A DNA stretch of 64,000 nt. Origin: Azolla caroliniana. Taxonomy: Eukaryota > Plantae > Polypodiophyta. This document shows positions 12,609 through 24,661 of the stretch, piece after piece. The stretch spans positions 14,818,001-14,882,000 of the forward strand of contig JBHGNT010000015.1 of assembly GCA_043228905.1 (NCBI GenBank), written 5' to 3'. Made by a program: the position numbers and the translations under genes. The notes under the pieces were generated by a model, which saw nothing but the letters and a program-made list of their open reading frames with translations, made no database searches and had not been told where the DNA came from. Within the stretch, counting starts at the first letter, position 1. Each line of letters opens with the position of its first letter.

Positions 12609-15600
12609 TATTGGTGCGGGGGAGCTGGTGGGTTCTATCAGCTCCAGTTTAGCCTCTTGCGTTTGTTCTTCTTGCGGTCCTTCTTGTCGAATACGAGTGT
12701 ATAATGGCCGTATTCACACTGTCCCTTTGGACAGCCCAAGTTCGGGCTATTTCTGTAAATAGCATAAAGGGCAGTTGCCCTAGGATAGTCACTAAATAAA
12801 GTGACTTTGTAACCTTTAGTGAAGGTTGTTTGTCATTTGTAACTGTTGCTATTGGAACATAACGTTTCCTTTGTGCCTCTCTCTCTCTCTCTCTCTCCCT
12901 TTGTGTCTATCTTGCTCATGCATACACAGGTTCTTCTTCATCACGAATGGTGCTTGCACTTCCGCATTGACGGCCTTGTCCCCAACATTTGGTATCAGAG
13001 CGGTGGAGGTTCTTCAACCCGCTGCCGGCCGTCATTGCACAACACAACATTCTGTTTTCGTTTTCTTTGAAGAACAGAGAAGGGAGAAGAAAAACAAAAA
13101 GCTTGCATCTCACTGTGTTAAATCACAAATTGGAGTAAGCCAGTCGGTTGTACTTTGTTCCTGTGATTGTAACCGCTTGAGGGGAGCTCCTTGAGCAACA
13201 ACCGAGCCAAGCGTGCTTCATTTGGTTAAACAACATCCGAATAGGTCACTAGACGCTATTCACCTGCTTGCTGTAACCACCCGCTGCAGATTGGTCTCCT
13301 GGCAACAACCACTTCGTGGTTCACTCGGCTGATCGACATTCGGGTGGATCAGTTGGATCCGTCCCTCTCATCGTTGTAGTCATCCGAAGCAGAATCGGCC
13401 CAAACAATCGGTTTCGTGTAATCGGTATTCGGCATACAATCGGAAGCTAACCGGGCTCACTCCGACTCGAAAACATTCGGGAAGACCAACCGGTTCTGTC
13501 CCTCAAGTTACCGGAGTCACTCCGAGCAAGTTCAGCAACAAGTATCCGAAACCAAACTGACTCGGGTTCAAAATCGACTAGAACGATATCGGGTGAGCCG
13601 ACCGGCCGCACCCCACTAAGGTTCGTAGTCAACTCCGAACCGAGCCTTACCAACTGAAACCGAAGCAGATGGCATAACCATCCGGCTCATCGGAGATGAG
13701 TCTAAGGAGGTTCGACGGTTCGAACTTCAACTTCTAGAAGGAACAAATGCAGGACTATCTCATAGTCAAGGGTCAAATAGACCCGATTGAGAATGAAAAT
13801 CCTCCAGAAGCATACAAGGCAAACAAGTGGCTAAAGCTGGATAGAATCGTCCGCGGCATGATTCGGATGCACTTGTCGGAGTCAGTATACTTCACAGTGC
13901 AATCATGCACGAAAACGTTTGAACTTTGGAAAACACTGTCGGAAACTTATGAAAAGAAGGTTGCCGCAACAAAGATGTATCTAATCCGGCGCCTCAACAA
14001 CTTGCGGATGAAAGAATCTGATTCGGTTCAGGTACACCTCAACGAGTATGAAAGCATAAGCTCCCAAATCTCATCTCAGGGGATGGCAATCGAGGATGAA
14101 CTCAGAGCAATGATACTCATGAGTAGTCTCCCCTCTTCATGGGAAACTTTTGTTACAACCGTGTGCAATGCTTCAACAGTTGTCGTTAAGTACTCCGAAG
14201 TCACGAGCGCAATCCTGACGGAAGCAGCTCGAAGAAAGTCTTTGGCGAAAGACTCAGCAGATGAAGCTTACGTAGTACAAGGTTCGACCGACCGATCAAA
14301 CAACCGAGGAAGAAGTTCTTCCCAACTGCCGAACAATCAGCGAAGCCAGAGCAAGTCCCAGGACAACCGAATCTGCAACTACTGCAAGAAACCGGGACAC
14401 ATCAAAGCCGACTACCGGGCACTCAAAGCAAAAACCAACAAAGCTCAGAGAGCGGATCAGAAGAGTAGCCAGCATGAGGAGGTCAACTACATCGGCTCTT
14501 CAACCGAAATTTTGACGACCGACCCGAACATATTGTCCATAGAGAACCCAGTCGAATTAGAAGTTCTTCTTACAACTGAGGAATCGAGCACATGGCTCCT
14601 GGACTCAGACGCATCATATCATGTGACACCTAACCGATCTCAGTTTTGACAATACTCAGACCGGCACTCCGACTTAGTTCGAGTCGGAAACTCGCAGCAT
14701 TGTGCTATAATCGGAATCGGCACCATAGAGCTCAATCTTCCGAGAGGCTCTACACTCGTACTACACAACGTTCGACACATTCCTGAGCTTTCAAGACCCT
14801 TGATCTCAGTTGGACAACTTGACGAAGCCGGCATCCGTGACGGATTCTCATCAGGAGGGTGGACACTCCACAAAGGGAACCTCCTGCTTGCTCGAGGACC
14901 AAAGGTACATTCCTTGTATCCTTTATATGTCACACTCAATTTAAGAGGGTGACTTATTTTTGGTTGATATCCCCGTGTCATCGTTATGGCACAGACGACT
15001 TGGATACCTCAGCAAGGCCGGCATAACGCACCTATCCAGACCCAGTTACATCCCCAAAATCTCCTTCTCGGATCACCAATTCTGCGAGCATTGCCAGTAA
15101 GGCAAACAGGTAGCCACATCACACCCGACATCAGCACCAAGAGAATCAAGTCCCCTCGATTTGGTCCACTAAGACATTTGTGGCCCGATGCCACATCAAT
15201 CTCTCGGCAGTGCTTCGTACTTCGTCAGTTTTATTGACGACTCGACTCGGAAGGTGTGGGCTTACCCCATTAGAACCAAAGATCGGGTGTTCTCGATCTT
15301 CTCTAAATGGCTTGCAATGGTCGAAAATCAGACCGGTCGAAAACTCAAATGTCTCTGAACCGACAATGGAGGAGAATTCAAGTCTTAACAATTCGTCAAA
15401 TTCAGCTGGGAACACGGCATTCAACGTGAATATACGGCACCCTATAGTCTGGAGCAGAACGGAATTGCTGAACGCATGAATCAGACGATTCAAGAACGCG
15501 TAGTATCCATGCTCCAACATTCCAGACTGTTAGATGGCTTCTGGGTGGAGGCTCTACTTACGGCAGTACACATAATAAATATGTCGCCAAGTAGACCTCT

Positions 15601-17340
15601 AGGACTTCAAATACCTTAGGAAATATAGATTGGCAGTAAGCCGAATTATGACAAGATGAGGATCTTCGGTTGGGCGTATGCTCTCATACCGAAAGACGAC
15701 CGCCGGAAACTCGAACCAAGGTCAAGGAAATGTGTTTTTCTTGGATATGGACCCGACGACGAGATCGGATACCGACTCTGGGACCCCGAGCACAGACAAA
15801 TCATCCGAAGTTCGGACGTCGTGTTCAACAAGTCGGCTATGCATAAAACGGCCGAAAGGCCTATTGAAGTCCGAAGGGTAATATTTTCCGAAGTGCCAAC
15901 CCTTCATGACGGCCCAACCCAAGACATGAGATCGGTTTCACGGGTAACCGACAACTCTCACACCGAATCCACTAATTCGGCACAGCCGAATGGCTCGGCT
16001 CCCGACCATCTGACATTGACACCCGATGCGATTGGTCCAGTCATACCTCGCAGATCCGAGAGACTATCGCAACCTCCGGAGAGGTACTCTCCCAGAATTT
16101 TCTTTACCGACGTCAACGAACCGACATCTTACGAAGAAGCATCAGCATCTGCTGATTCAGCCACATGGCATCTGGCGATGGAGTCGGAAATGCACTCCAT
16201 TCGGGCAAACAAGACTTGGGACTTGGTCGAATTACCAAAGAATCGACGTGCTCTTTCCGTGTAAGTGGGTCTATTGACTAAAAGAGACGTCTGAATCGAC
16301 CACCCCAAAGTACAAGGCCAGATTAGTTGCGAAGGGATTTTGATAAGAATATGGCGTCGACTTCGACGAAATCTTTTCACCAGTGGTGAAAATGACGACC
16401 CTTCGTTTCATGCTCGGCGTTGTGGCCGCCGACAACTTGGAGCTGATTTCGCGAGATGTAAAAATGACATTCCTCCACGGTGACCTACAGGAGGAAATCT
16501 ATATGGAGCAGCCGAAAGGCTTTGTGACATCCGGCCAAGAACATCTAGTCTACTGACTCAAGAAGAGTCTCTACGGCCTGAAACAGGCACCCCAACAGTG
16601 GTACAAGAAGTTCGACGACTTCATCCAATCGGTCGGCTTCTCAAAGAGCGATGAGGACCACTGTCTCTTCACCAAAACAACTCAAGACAGCTCTCCCATC
16701 TTCCTCATCATCTACGTGAATGACATGCTACTTTTCGGTCGGCATGCCGGAGAGCTCACCGAACTCGTTCGGCAACTGCGGTTGAAGTTTTCCATGAAGG
16801 ACCTCGGTCCGGCAAGACACATACTTGGTATGAAGATTAGTCGGTATCGCGATACACGACAACTTTTCTTGTCTCAAACCGACTACATCGGACGTGTCTT
16901 AGAATGCTTTAACATGCAATCGGCCAAGTCTGCTTTGACCCCGCTCCCCATTAACCTTCGACTGTCTCAGCGAGACTGTCTGACATCCGGTCTGGAGGGG
17001 GAAGATATGAAGTCGGTACCATATGCACTGGCAGTCGGCTCCCTCATGTACGCGATGGTCGCAACACGGCTTGATATTTCTCACGCCATAGGAGTCGTCA
17101 ACAGATTCATGCACAGCCCTGGACGATCGCACTAGAACGCAGTCAAGCATGTGTTCAGATATCTAGCTGGCAGAAAAGACCACAACATTCTTTTCGGCCC
17201 GAACTCAACCTCAGGCGTAGTCGGTTACACCGACTCAGACTTCGCTGGTTGTGTGGACAGTCAGAAATCAACAACCGAATATTGTTTCAAATTCGGCAAT
17301 GGAGCAATCTCATGGAAGTCAAAACTTTAGGAGTGCACAG
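12609..17340 (+). mobile_element. Degenerate Ty1/copia, truncated in RNase H
   Basis: LTR about 12609-12987 ending CCCAACA. PBS TGGTATCAGAGC at 12990-13001. Leader of about 670 nt. Gag with CNYCKKPGH, protease WLLDSDASYH, integrase, RT (IIYVNDML) and RNase H start (YTDSDFAG, ISWKSKL). No 3' LTR. Confidence 0.92.
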
Positions 17341-17997
17341 TTCCTGTTGATGTCGGGATGGTCCTTCCCCCTGCTGTTCTGCTTCTTGCTGGGTCCATCC
17401 GGGGGTGTGTTTCTCCAAGATCTGTTGGCGCTTTGTGACCTTTTTCGGCGTCGTCTCCTGCCGACCTCTTTTCTTTTGTGTGATGGGGAGCACCGGTGGG
17501 ACTAACACCGTTAGCCATTGTGCTATCCCGGCCCATGGCTTTTTTCCTTCCACAAGATTTTTGATGGCCTCCTTCAATCCTTCGGTTATGAAATGGAGCC
17601 AGTCTATTTGTAAGCCTTCGTACGCTGCTATTAAGAACGCTGCCCGGTACTTGGCTATGGCCGGGGGACGGGGATTCATGAATCTGTATTCCATCATGGC
17701 GTGGGCCACTTCTCCGAACAGCAGGTTCTCTCCGCCCTGCGTTCGGTACGCCTTGCTGCTGATAGAGTACTCCCCGAAATATTCGAACAGGATTTCACTT
17801 GAAGGGTTTTCGATTGTTTGAAGTCCTCCTGCTTTTATCCCCGTGAGCGCCTGCACCGCTCCTTCCGTGACTTCTGATATATCGATCAATGCTGCCGCCT
17901 GCTCTGGTTCTGCGTGTGGTGGAGCGTCGGCGATCTGCAGCAATCCTTTTAACCCGTTCTCCCTCATCCATTGGCGTGCCTCTTCCGACAGTACCAT
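17341..17997 (-). CDS. Extra ORF (ORF3) of the gypsy element, function unknown, C-terminally truncated
   Basis: Open frame MVLSEEARQW...YFGEYSISSKAYRT...IDWLHFI...VPP on the same strand as pol. A divergent homolog lies at 24662-25651. Confidence 0.75.
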
Positions 17998-18411
17998 TGT
18001 TTCGAATTCTTCTTCTGCTGCCTGTTGTTCGGGATCGCGATGTGTGTGCTCTGTGCGTCGGATCACTCTTCTGTGCTTCTGCGCCTGTATGTAGGAAAAT
18101 TCGTAAAAAGTGAGCCCTTCGCAGGCCTGTGTCTTATATAGTGGCTTTTGCCTCGAGCCGCCCTTTTTTCGTTTCCCGCGCATGTTCCTCTCCCGCCATA
18201 ATTAGTAAGTCCTTTCTTGTTTGCCGCGTGTGAGTGCCCACGTTCCATGCTTTAAATAGCAAGTACGCGCACGTCCTTCTTTAATGCATGACGCCTCTTC
18301 GTTGCATGGTGGCACTCCCACCTCTTGTGATCTCCCCATCATTACTATGATTCGCGTCGATTTTTTTATTTTTATTTTTTATTTTTTATTTTTTCCTTTG
18401 TTTGGACCACG

Positions 18412-21400
18412 TCATTTGCTTGTCCCCCCTGATTTGTTCGGGTCGGTTCGTGTGGATACCGGATCCTTCTGTCGGTTTTCCGGGATAGTCTTTGTCAGTA
18501 TCGGTGTCGGTTCTTCCTCGGTCCGAATATCTTCAGCAGCGTCTGTCGGTGTCGGTTCCTCATCTTGCCGGATTTTCGGGTTTTGCTTGAACGGGTTGGC
18601 TGGCATATTTCCCTTATACGGCTTTAGCCGAAATCCATTTGCCCACTTGCCGATGACATCTCCAGATAACGTGCCGAGCTGATACGACCCATTGTACTCC
18701 TTGGTGATCCAGAACGGTCCGGTCCATCGAAACCGTAACTTTCCCGGCATGTTCCCCATCCGTGTCTGGAATAGTAGCACCGGTTTCCCAACTTCGAACT
18801 CCTTTTCATTGCCACGCCGGTGTCGGTCTACGAAAGCTTTTCTCCTCCTTTGCTCCAGTTCGAGTTGTAGTAAGTTGGCTATTCGGTTTTCTTCTAATTC
18901 CAACAACGTCGCCAGCCGGATTCGTTCAGACTCGTTCTCACTTAAGCGCTCCTTCACCTGAATCCGTAAGCTGGGGATCTGGAACTCTACCGGCATGACC
19001 GCTTCTAACCCGAATGCTAGTCGGAACGGGGTTGTCCGGATGCTGGTTTTGTACGTTGTTCGGTACGCCCATAGCGCGCTTTGCAATTTCGTATCCCAGT
19101 CGGTCCGGTTCTCGTTGACGATTTTTCGTAGGATGTTCTGTAGAGTTTTGTTCGTTGATTCCGCTAGTCCATTGGCTTGAGGGTAGTAGGGTGTACTCTT
19201 TTTATGTACCACCGCGTAAAATGACGTCAGGCTTTCTACTACCTGCCCGAGAAAATGCCCTCCTTGGTCACTTATAAGCTCGATCGGGCAACCATACCGG
19301 CACCATATGCACTCGTACAGGAACTTTTCCGTGGACGCGGCCGTGTTGTCCCGTAAGGCCTTTGCTTCTAGCCATTTGGTGCAATAGTCGGTTGCCACTA
19401 TGACATACTGATTTCCGGTTCGCATTGCCGGTGGTTTAAAGGGGCCGACAAAGTCCAACCCCCACTTTTGAAACAGTTCCAAGGGCAAGACCGGGTGGTG
19501 TGGCATCCGGGCCTGCTCTGTGGGTTGGCCCAGTCGTTGACACAAATCGCATTCTCTACTATACTTCACGGCATCTTTTAGGGTGGTCGGCCACCACAGT
19601 CCGCTCTGCCATATTTTCCGAACGGTTGCGTCGTCGGCATAATGCCCGCCGGCAATTCCACAGTGGGCTTCCCTGAGGATTAGATCCTTCTCATCGCTCC
19701 GCACTGCTCGTCTCCAGATGCCATCTGCCCCCTTGTGATAGAGGGTGTCTCCAACCAAGCAGAAATGTCTGCTTCTTACTGCTACCCTTTTCCTTTCATC
19801 GCGGTCCATGTTCTCCGGGGGAACTCCGGTGCTCAGGAACTGATGCATCTCAGTTAGCCATGTGTCTTCATCGGCTACCGTTGTATCCGTTGCCGGTTTC
19901 GTCGTGATCTGGAACAATTCGGCGTCGGGAAACTCATCCTGGACGCCGTCCCCTGCTTCTCCGGATTCGAGTATGCTTAGGTAGTCCGCTACCGCATGCT
20001 GCGCCCCGGGTCGATGGAAAATGTCGAATTCAAATTCCTGTAGCAGCAGTGTCCACCGTGCAATTTTTCCCGTCAGGGATGCCTTCGAGACCAGGTAGAG
20101 TAGTGCCGAATGGTCGACATGGAAGGAAAACTTCCTTCCGAGCAGATAGTGCCTGTACTTTGTGACACTATACACCATTCCCAATGCCTCGCGTTCCGTC
20201 GTAGAGTAATTCCGTTCGGCTTTTGAGAGTTTCCGGCTTGCGTAGTACACCGGTCGGTACCATTTCGGCTCCGTGAGTTGCATCAGAACGCTGCCGATTG
20301 CTACGTCCAACGCGTCGACGAAGACGTGAAAGCTTTTACTCCAATCCGGCGGTTGCACCACCGGAGCTTGCAATAGCATAACCTTCAACGCTTTGTAGGA
20401 TTCCTCCTCCGTCTCCGCCCATAGGAAGGGTACCCTATGTACGGCGGTATGTAACGGTGTAGCGAAGTCTGCGAGGTGCCGTATCATCCGGCTATGCCAC
20501 CTTATTTGGCCCAGGAACCGGCTTAAAGCCTTTGCGTTACTTGGTGCTGGTGCCTCGAGAATCGCCTTGACTTTATCCGGATCTACCGCGATTCCTTCCT
20601 TACTCACCACGTGCCCTAGTAAGTTGCCGCTTGCCACTCCAAAGACGCACTTGGCCGGGTTCAGGCTCAATCGGTACTCGCGGCACTTCTCCAAGCACAG
20701 CCGGAGGTGATCGAGATGCTCTCCGTTCCGGCTGTAGACCGCGAAATCATCAAGGAAGACCTGCATAAAACCGGGGATATACTCCCCGAAAATTTCCATT
20801 ATTATCCTTTGAAAGGTCGTTGGAGCCGTCTTTAGTCCGAACATCATCACGACCGCGACGAACACTCCCCATTCCGTCACGAACGCTGTCTTCTCCTGGT
20901 CGGCCGGGTTCATTCGTATTTGGTTGTAGCCGCTAAATCCATCCGGGAAGCTGTAAACTTCGTGGCCGGCTACCGCATCTAACACCCCGTCCGTAAATGG
21001 TAGTGGAAACGCATCGGTCACTGTTGCGGCATTTAGTTTTCGGTAGTCCACGCATACCCGGATTTTGCCGTTCTTTTTCGGGACCACCACTATCGGACTC
21101 AGCCAGGTTGCCTGCTTGACCGGTCGGATAAATCCGACCCGGAGGAGCTTATCAATTTCCTCCTTCACCTTTGCCACATAATTCGGATTCATCCGGTACC
21201 TGCGTTGAGCGATCGGTTTCGCGTCCGTACTTAGGTGAATTTGGTGCTGATAGAGCTGGGGGTCCAGCCCTCGCATGTCTTCGTACGACCACGCAAACAC
21301 ATCCTTGAAGTCTGTTAATAATGCTACCATTGCCTTCTTTTCTTCCTTCGGCAATTCCTTTGCAACATTTACCGGTCGGGGCTTGTCTGCTGTGTCGAGG

Positions 21401-21729
21401 TCCACCTCCTCGAGTTGGGATGCTTTTACCCTCTGGGATATCGTCATTTCCCTCTCTAGGGATTCCTGCGCTTGTCGCAGTTCCCGGATCGCCGCTTGGT
21501 CCGGTTCATCCGGCGTCGTAATGTACGGTTCTACTGCCGCCGTGATATCCACCTCAAATAGTGGGACGATTCGTGGGTGTTCCTCGAGGTACCGCTCGAC
21601 TTCCTCGTCCGGTAATCCCTCCAACATGTTAATGCTTTCCGCATACAATGGAGTTGCTTCCTTACTGGTGATCACCCGTGGTTGCGTCGTTACTCGTACC
21701 TTTGTTTTCCCTCGCCGGAATGTGATCAT
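18412..21729 (-). CDS. Gypsy pol (RT-RNase H-integrase), 1105-aa open segment
   Basis: Motifs RVCVDYRKLN, QVFLDDF, RNase H FVDAL, integrase zinc finger (AHCGIAGGH...CDLC), WGLDFVGP, ISDQG, QANGLAE and WTGPF. Confidence 0.92.
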   Translation of the reverse strand: MITFRRGKTKVRVTTQPRVITSKEATPLYAESINMLEGLPDEEVERYLEEHPRIVPLFEVDITAAVEPYITTPDEPDQAAIRELRQAQESLEREMTISQRVKASQLEEVDLDTADKPRPVNVAKELPKEEKKAMVALLTDFKDVFAWSYEDMRGLDPQLYQHQIHLSTDAKPIAQRRYRMNPNYVAKVKEEIDKLLRVGFIRPVKQATWLSPIVVVPKKNGKIRVCVDYRKLNAATVTDAFPLPFTDGVLDAVAGHEVYSFPDGFSGYNQIRMNPADQEKTAFVTEWGVFVAVVMMFGLKTAPTTFQRIIMEIFGEYIPGFMQVFLDDFAVYSRNGEHLDHLRLCLEKCREYRLSLNPAKCVFGVASGNLLGHVVSKEGIAVDPDKVKAILEAPAPSNAKALSRFLGQIRWHSRMIRHLADFATPLHTAVHRVPFLWAETEEESYKALKVMLLQAPVVQPPDWSKSFHVFVDALDVAIGSVLMQLTEPKWYRPVYYASRKLSKAERNYSTTEREALGMVYSVTKYRHYLLGRKFSFHVDHSALLYLVSKASLTGKIARWTLLLQEFEFDIFHRPGAQHAVADYLSILESGEAGDGVQDEFPDAELFQITTKPATDTTVADEDTWLTEMHQFLSTGVPPENMDRDERKRVAVRSRHFCLVGDTLYHKGADGIWRRAVRSDEKDLILREAHCGIAGGHYADDATVRKIWQSGLWWPTTLKDAVKYSRECDLCQRLGQPTEQARMPHHPVLPLELFQKWGLDFVGPFKPPAMRTGNQYVIVATDYCTKWLEAKALRDNTAASTEKFLYECIWCRYGCPIELISDQGGHFLGQVVESLTSFYAVVHKKSTPYYPQANGLAESTNKTLQNILRKIVNENRTDWDTKLQSALWAYRTTYKTSIRTTPFRLAFGLEAVMPVEFQIPSLRIQVKERLSENESERIRLATLLELEENRIANLLQLELEQRRRKAFVDRHRRGNEKEFEVGKPVLLFQTRMGNMPGKLRFRWTGPFWITKEYNGSYQLGTLSGDVIGKWANGFRLKPYKGNMPANPFKQNPKIRQDEEPTPTDAAEDIRTEEEPTPILTKTIPENRQKDPVSTRTDPNKSGGTSK

Positions 21730-21744
21730 GTTCTTTTGCCAGCT

Positions 21745-24219
21745 CTACTTGATATGCGCCGTTCGCAGCCATGGTCGTCCTAGCAGTAGGGGGTACGCGC
21801 CTTGTACATTCAGCTGCAGCACCACGGCCGATATCCGGAATACGTGGCCTCCGATCGTTACTTCCAAATCCCGGATAAGCCCGATCGGTCGAACTGAGCT
21901 GGTATCCGCCATGCGTAACCAGAAGGGGCATGGTTCCCATTTCCGGATGCCCAGGTCATTGCATGTCTGTTGGCTAATGACATTTACCCCGGAGCCTTCG
22001 TCAATAATCATTCCAGCAATTTCCTTTCCTTTCACGATTGCCGTGATCGCCGGGCTACTTGTATCGACCACCGTTGGTCCTTCCTCCGGGTTGGAGAAGA
22101 ATGTCGGTGCTGGCGTTGGCTTCGGTTTGCTGACGGATGCCTGTAGGTCTGCCGTAAACCGTGGCACTAACTGTAGTAGTCGTGCTAACGACAGCACGAT
22201 TTGACAGTCCTGTAACGCTTGCCACGTCGGGTTTTCTCCTGGCTGTATGATTTCTTCGTCTTTTGGCATATTTTGGTCTCTTACTTCTGCCGCATTCTGT
22301 TCATTGGCCTCCTTGATCCATTGTGCCGCTTGTTTTCTGATTGCCTCCTGGGCTTCCCACTCGGCGGTCTTTCCCTTTGACCGGGTTGTGACCTGCTGTA
22401 CTTCTGTTATTTCGGCTGTAACCATGTTGACTTCCGGCTGCTTGTCATTGGTTTTGCTTGGGCATTGGTTACTATAGTGGCCTTCCTTACGGCAGTAATA
22501 ACAGTACACCTTGTGACTGTTGCTCGTTTCTCCTTTGTCCCCGGTTTGGAGGGTGGGTATGCTCCAGCGGTCGTCTTCGGTTTTTCGGTTATCCGGTACC
22601 GATACCGGGTTGTCATTCCTCGCTGCCTCCCGACGTTCCTCTCTTCGGAAAAATCCACGCTTCTGATTCCGTCGGAAATTTCGGTTCCCTTGTCGCCTCT
22701 CTTCTCTGCGTCGGTCGTATTCCGGGGATTCGTCTCGGTCGTACGGGTCCCAGGGGTAGCTATCTCTGCGTCTCTCCTCTCGGTCATAGTTGTCGCGTCT
22801 TCTATCAGCGTATCTGTTACCGCGTTCGCGTTGGTAGCGGTCGTCTCTCCAGAATCGATCCTCGTCCGGGTTCTGATTGTGCGGTTCTATGTGTCGAACC
22901 GGTGCTGCCTGCCGATTTAACAGGTTATATTCGCATCGGTCCGTTGTATGGGCTCGAGAGTTGCAGATCATACATTGTGTCCACAGGGTGCAGTCTACTG
23001 TTGAGTGCCCCGAATTTAGGCATGTTGTACATTGTAAGGCCTGTCGGAACCTCAGGTCTTCCTCCTTTGGGAGTGCCCGGTGTAACATCCCCATCGACAA
23101 GAAGGGGCTAGTCTTGTCCATTTCTAAAACCCGATCAATAACTTGTTCCATTGTGCTGGTTTGGAAATCAAGGACTCCGCACATTGTTCGAAGTGGCTCT
23201 TTCAGTGCGGCCAAAAAGACTGCTTTGGCTTCGTCTTCGGGTGGTGCTCTTGTCAGTTGGCTGTGCAGGGTCTGAAACCGAATGATGAATTGTGGCACCG
23301 TCTCGTTCTCTTCCTGCCGGGTGGTGTAGAACTGCCCGACCAATTCCCTTTGCTCAAATTGTCTGTGAAAAAGCCTGAGGAATCTGGCCTTCAAGGCATC
23401 GAATGTGGCAAAGCTGCCCGGTAAGTGCTTTGCGTGCCATCAGGCCGCCGGTCCTTCCAAGGTTATGCCGAATTCGGCGACTTTGGATCGTTCGGCTTCG
23501 GGCTCCATCAGTCTTTGGGAGACATGGTTGGCTTCCCATGTTTGGAGGAATGCGCACACGTGTGCCTCTGCGTCGGCCTCATCCCGGTACTTTGGGTATG
23601 GGTACGGCATCGTGTCGTCCAACTGACTCTCCTGTTTCCTCCGCTCTCTGTCCGTTGTTGGCGTTGGTGTGAGAACCTTTGGTTCCTCCGCGGGTGTTGC
23701 CGGTGTCCGGTCCTTTGGTTCCTCCGCGGGTGTTGTCGGTATCCGCTCCTTCGGTTCCTTCGCGGTTGTTGTCGGTATCCGGTCAGCTTCCCTCGGCGAT
23801 TGCCGGTCACCGAATTCCAGGGTTATTTCTTCCTCTGGCGCCGGTGTTACTGAGTCTTCCGACCCCTCGTCCTCCCGGTCGTTTGGTGTGTCGTGGCTGC
23901 TTTTATACCGGGACGCAACGCTTCCGTCGCTTTCCGACTCCGCCTCAAGTGTTGCGAATGCTTCCGAGTCCCCGTTGCCCCCGGCGAGCGTCTGCAGTAT
24001 CGTTTCTGCCTCTTGCAGGCTTGTTATGCTACTGCCTTCGTCGGGGATTTGCAGAACCCGGAACTGCAGTGCTTCTTCTGCGACTCTCCGAAGAGTTTTG
24101 GAGAATGACCGATCCCGCCGGATCTCGTCGACGGCTTGCTGCAGGGCTTCCCGTCGTTGCTCGCGTTCGGTGTATCGTCTCCCTCATTCGGTGATGTGGT
24201 CGTCGTTTGGTCTAGACAT
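21745..24219 (-). pseudogene. Gypsy gag-protease with lesions
   Basis: ATG at 24219, early TGA, frameshift near 23430, zinc knuckles (CYYCRKEGHYSNQC), protease IIDEGSGVN. An in-frame TAG at 21745-21747 separates it from pol. Contains a 36-bp triple repeat at about 23680-23780. Confidence 0.85.
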
Positions 24220-24661
24220 CCATCCCCCGGTTGTCCTCTGCACTTTGCAGGAATCGTGGTCGCCAAAATAGTGTTGTTTGTCTGGCCGGACTAGCCTCAA
24301 CACAGGTGTCTATCCGACACTTCTCCAAAGGGGTGGTAAGGATTGGATGCTAGGTTACACACGTAAGATGATTACAATTAAGCACAGACGGTAAACAATA
24401 CGAGATACAGATAAACACGCAATAATTACTATTGTATTACTTCCGTCAAAACCCTTTACAAATCATCGGATCCTTTTATAGGCATCCGGCAAGGTTACAA
24501 TCGGTGCGCTTAGGCAACCGACATCCGAATCGGTCCGGATCCGGATCGGTACAACTGTACCGGATCCGTCCCTCCGAATAATAATTCTACTATTATTTAC
24601 TTCCTATTATCCGATCCGATTCCGCCTTCCCACTTGTCCTTGCTCTTCTGACCGGCCAACA

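Larger units (their letters stand above)
17341..24661 (-). mobile_element. Non-chromovirus Ty3/gypsy with an extra 3' ORF; 3' LTR missing
   Basis: 5' LTR 24272-24661 (TGTTG...CAACA). PBS TGGCGACCAC at about 24256-24265 is complementary to a plant tRNA-Arg 3' end as I recall it. Order gag-PR-RT-RH-INT, no chromodomain, ORF3 downstream. Confidence 0.92.

Noticed and set aside
21745-21747. TAG between gypsy gag-protease and pol as a readthrough signal
   Set aside because: It falls within the protease C-terminal region and the element has other lesions, so it is most likely a point mutation.
21275-24271. Long antisense ORFs over the gypsy element (and similar ones at 28242-30584 and 49383-50003)
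   Set aside because: Shadow ORFs of GC-rich coding sequence with no recognisable motifs.
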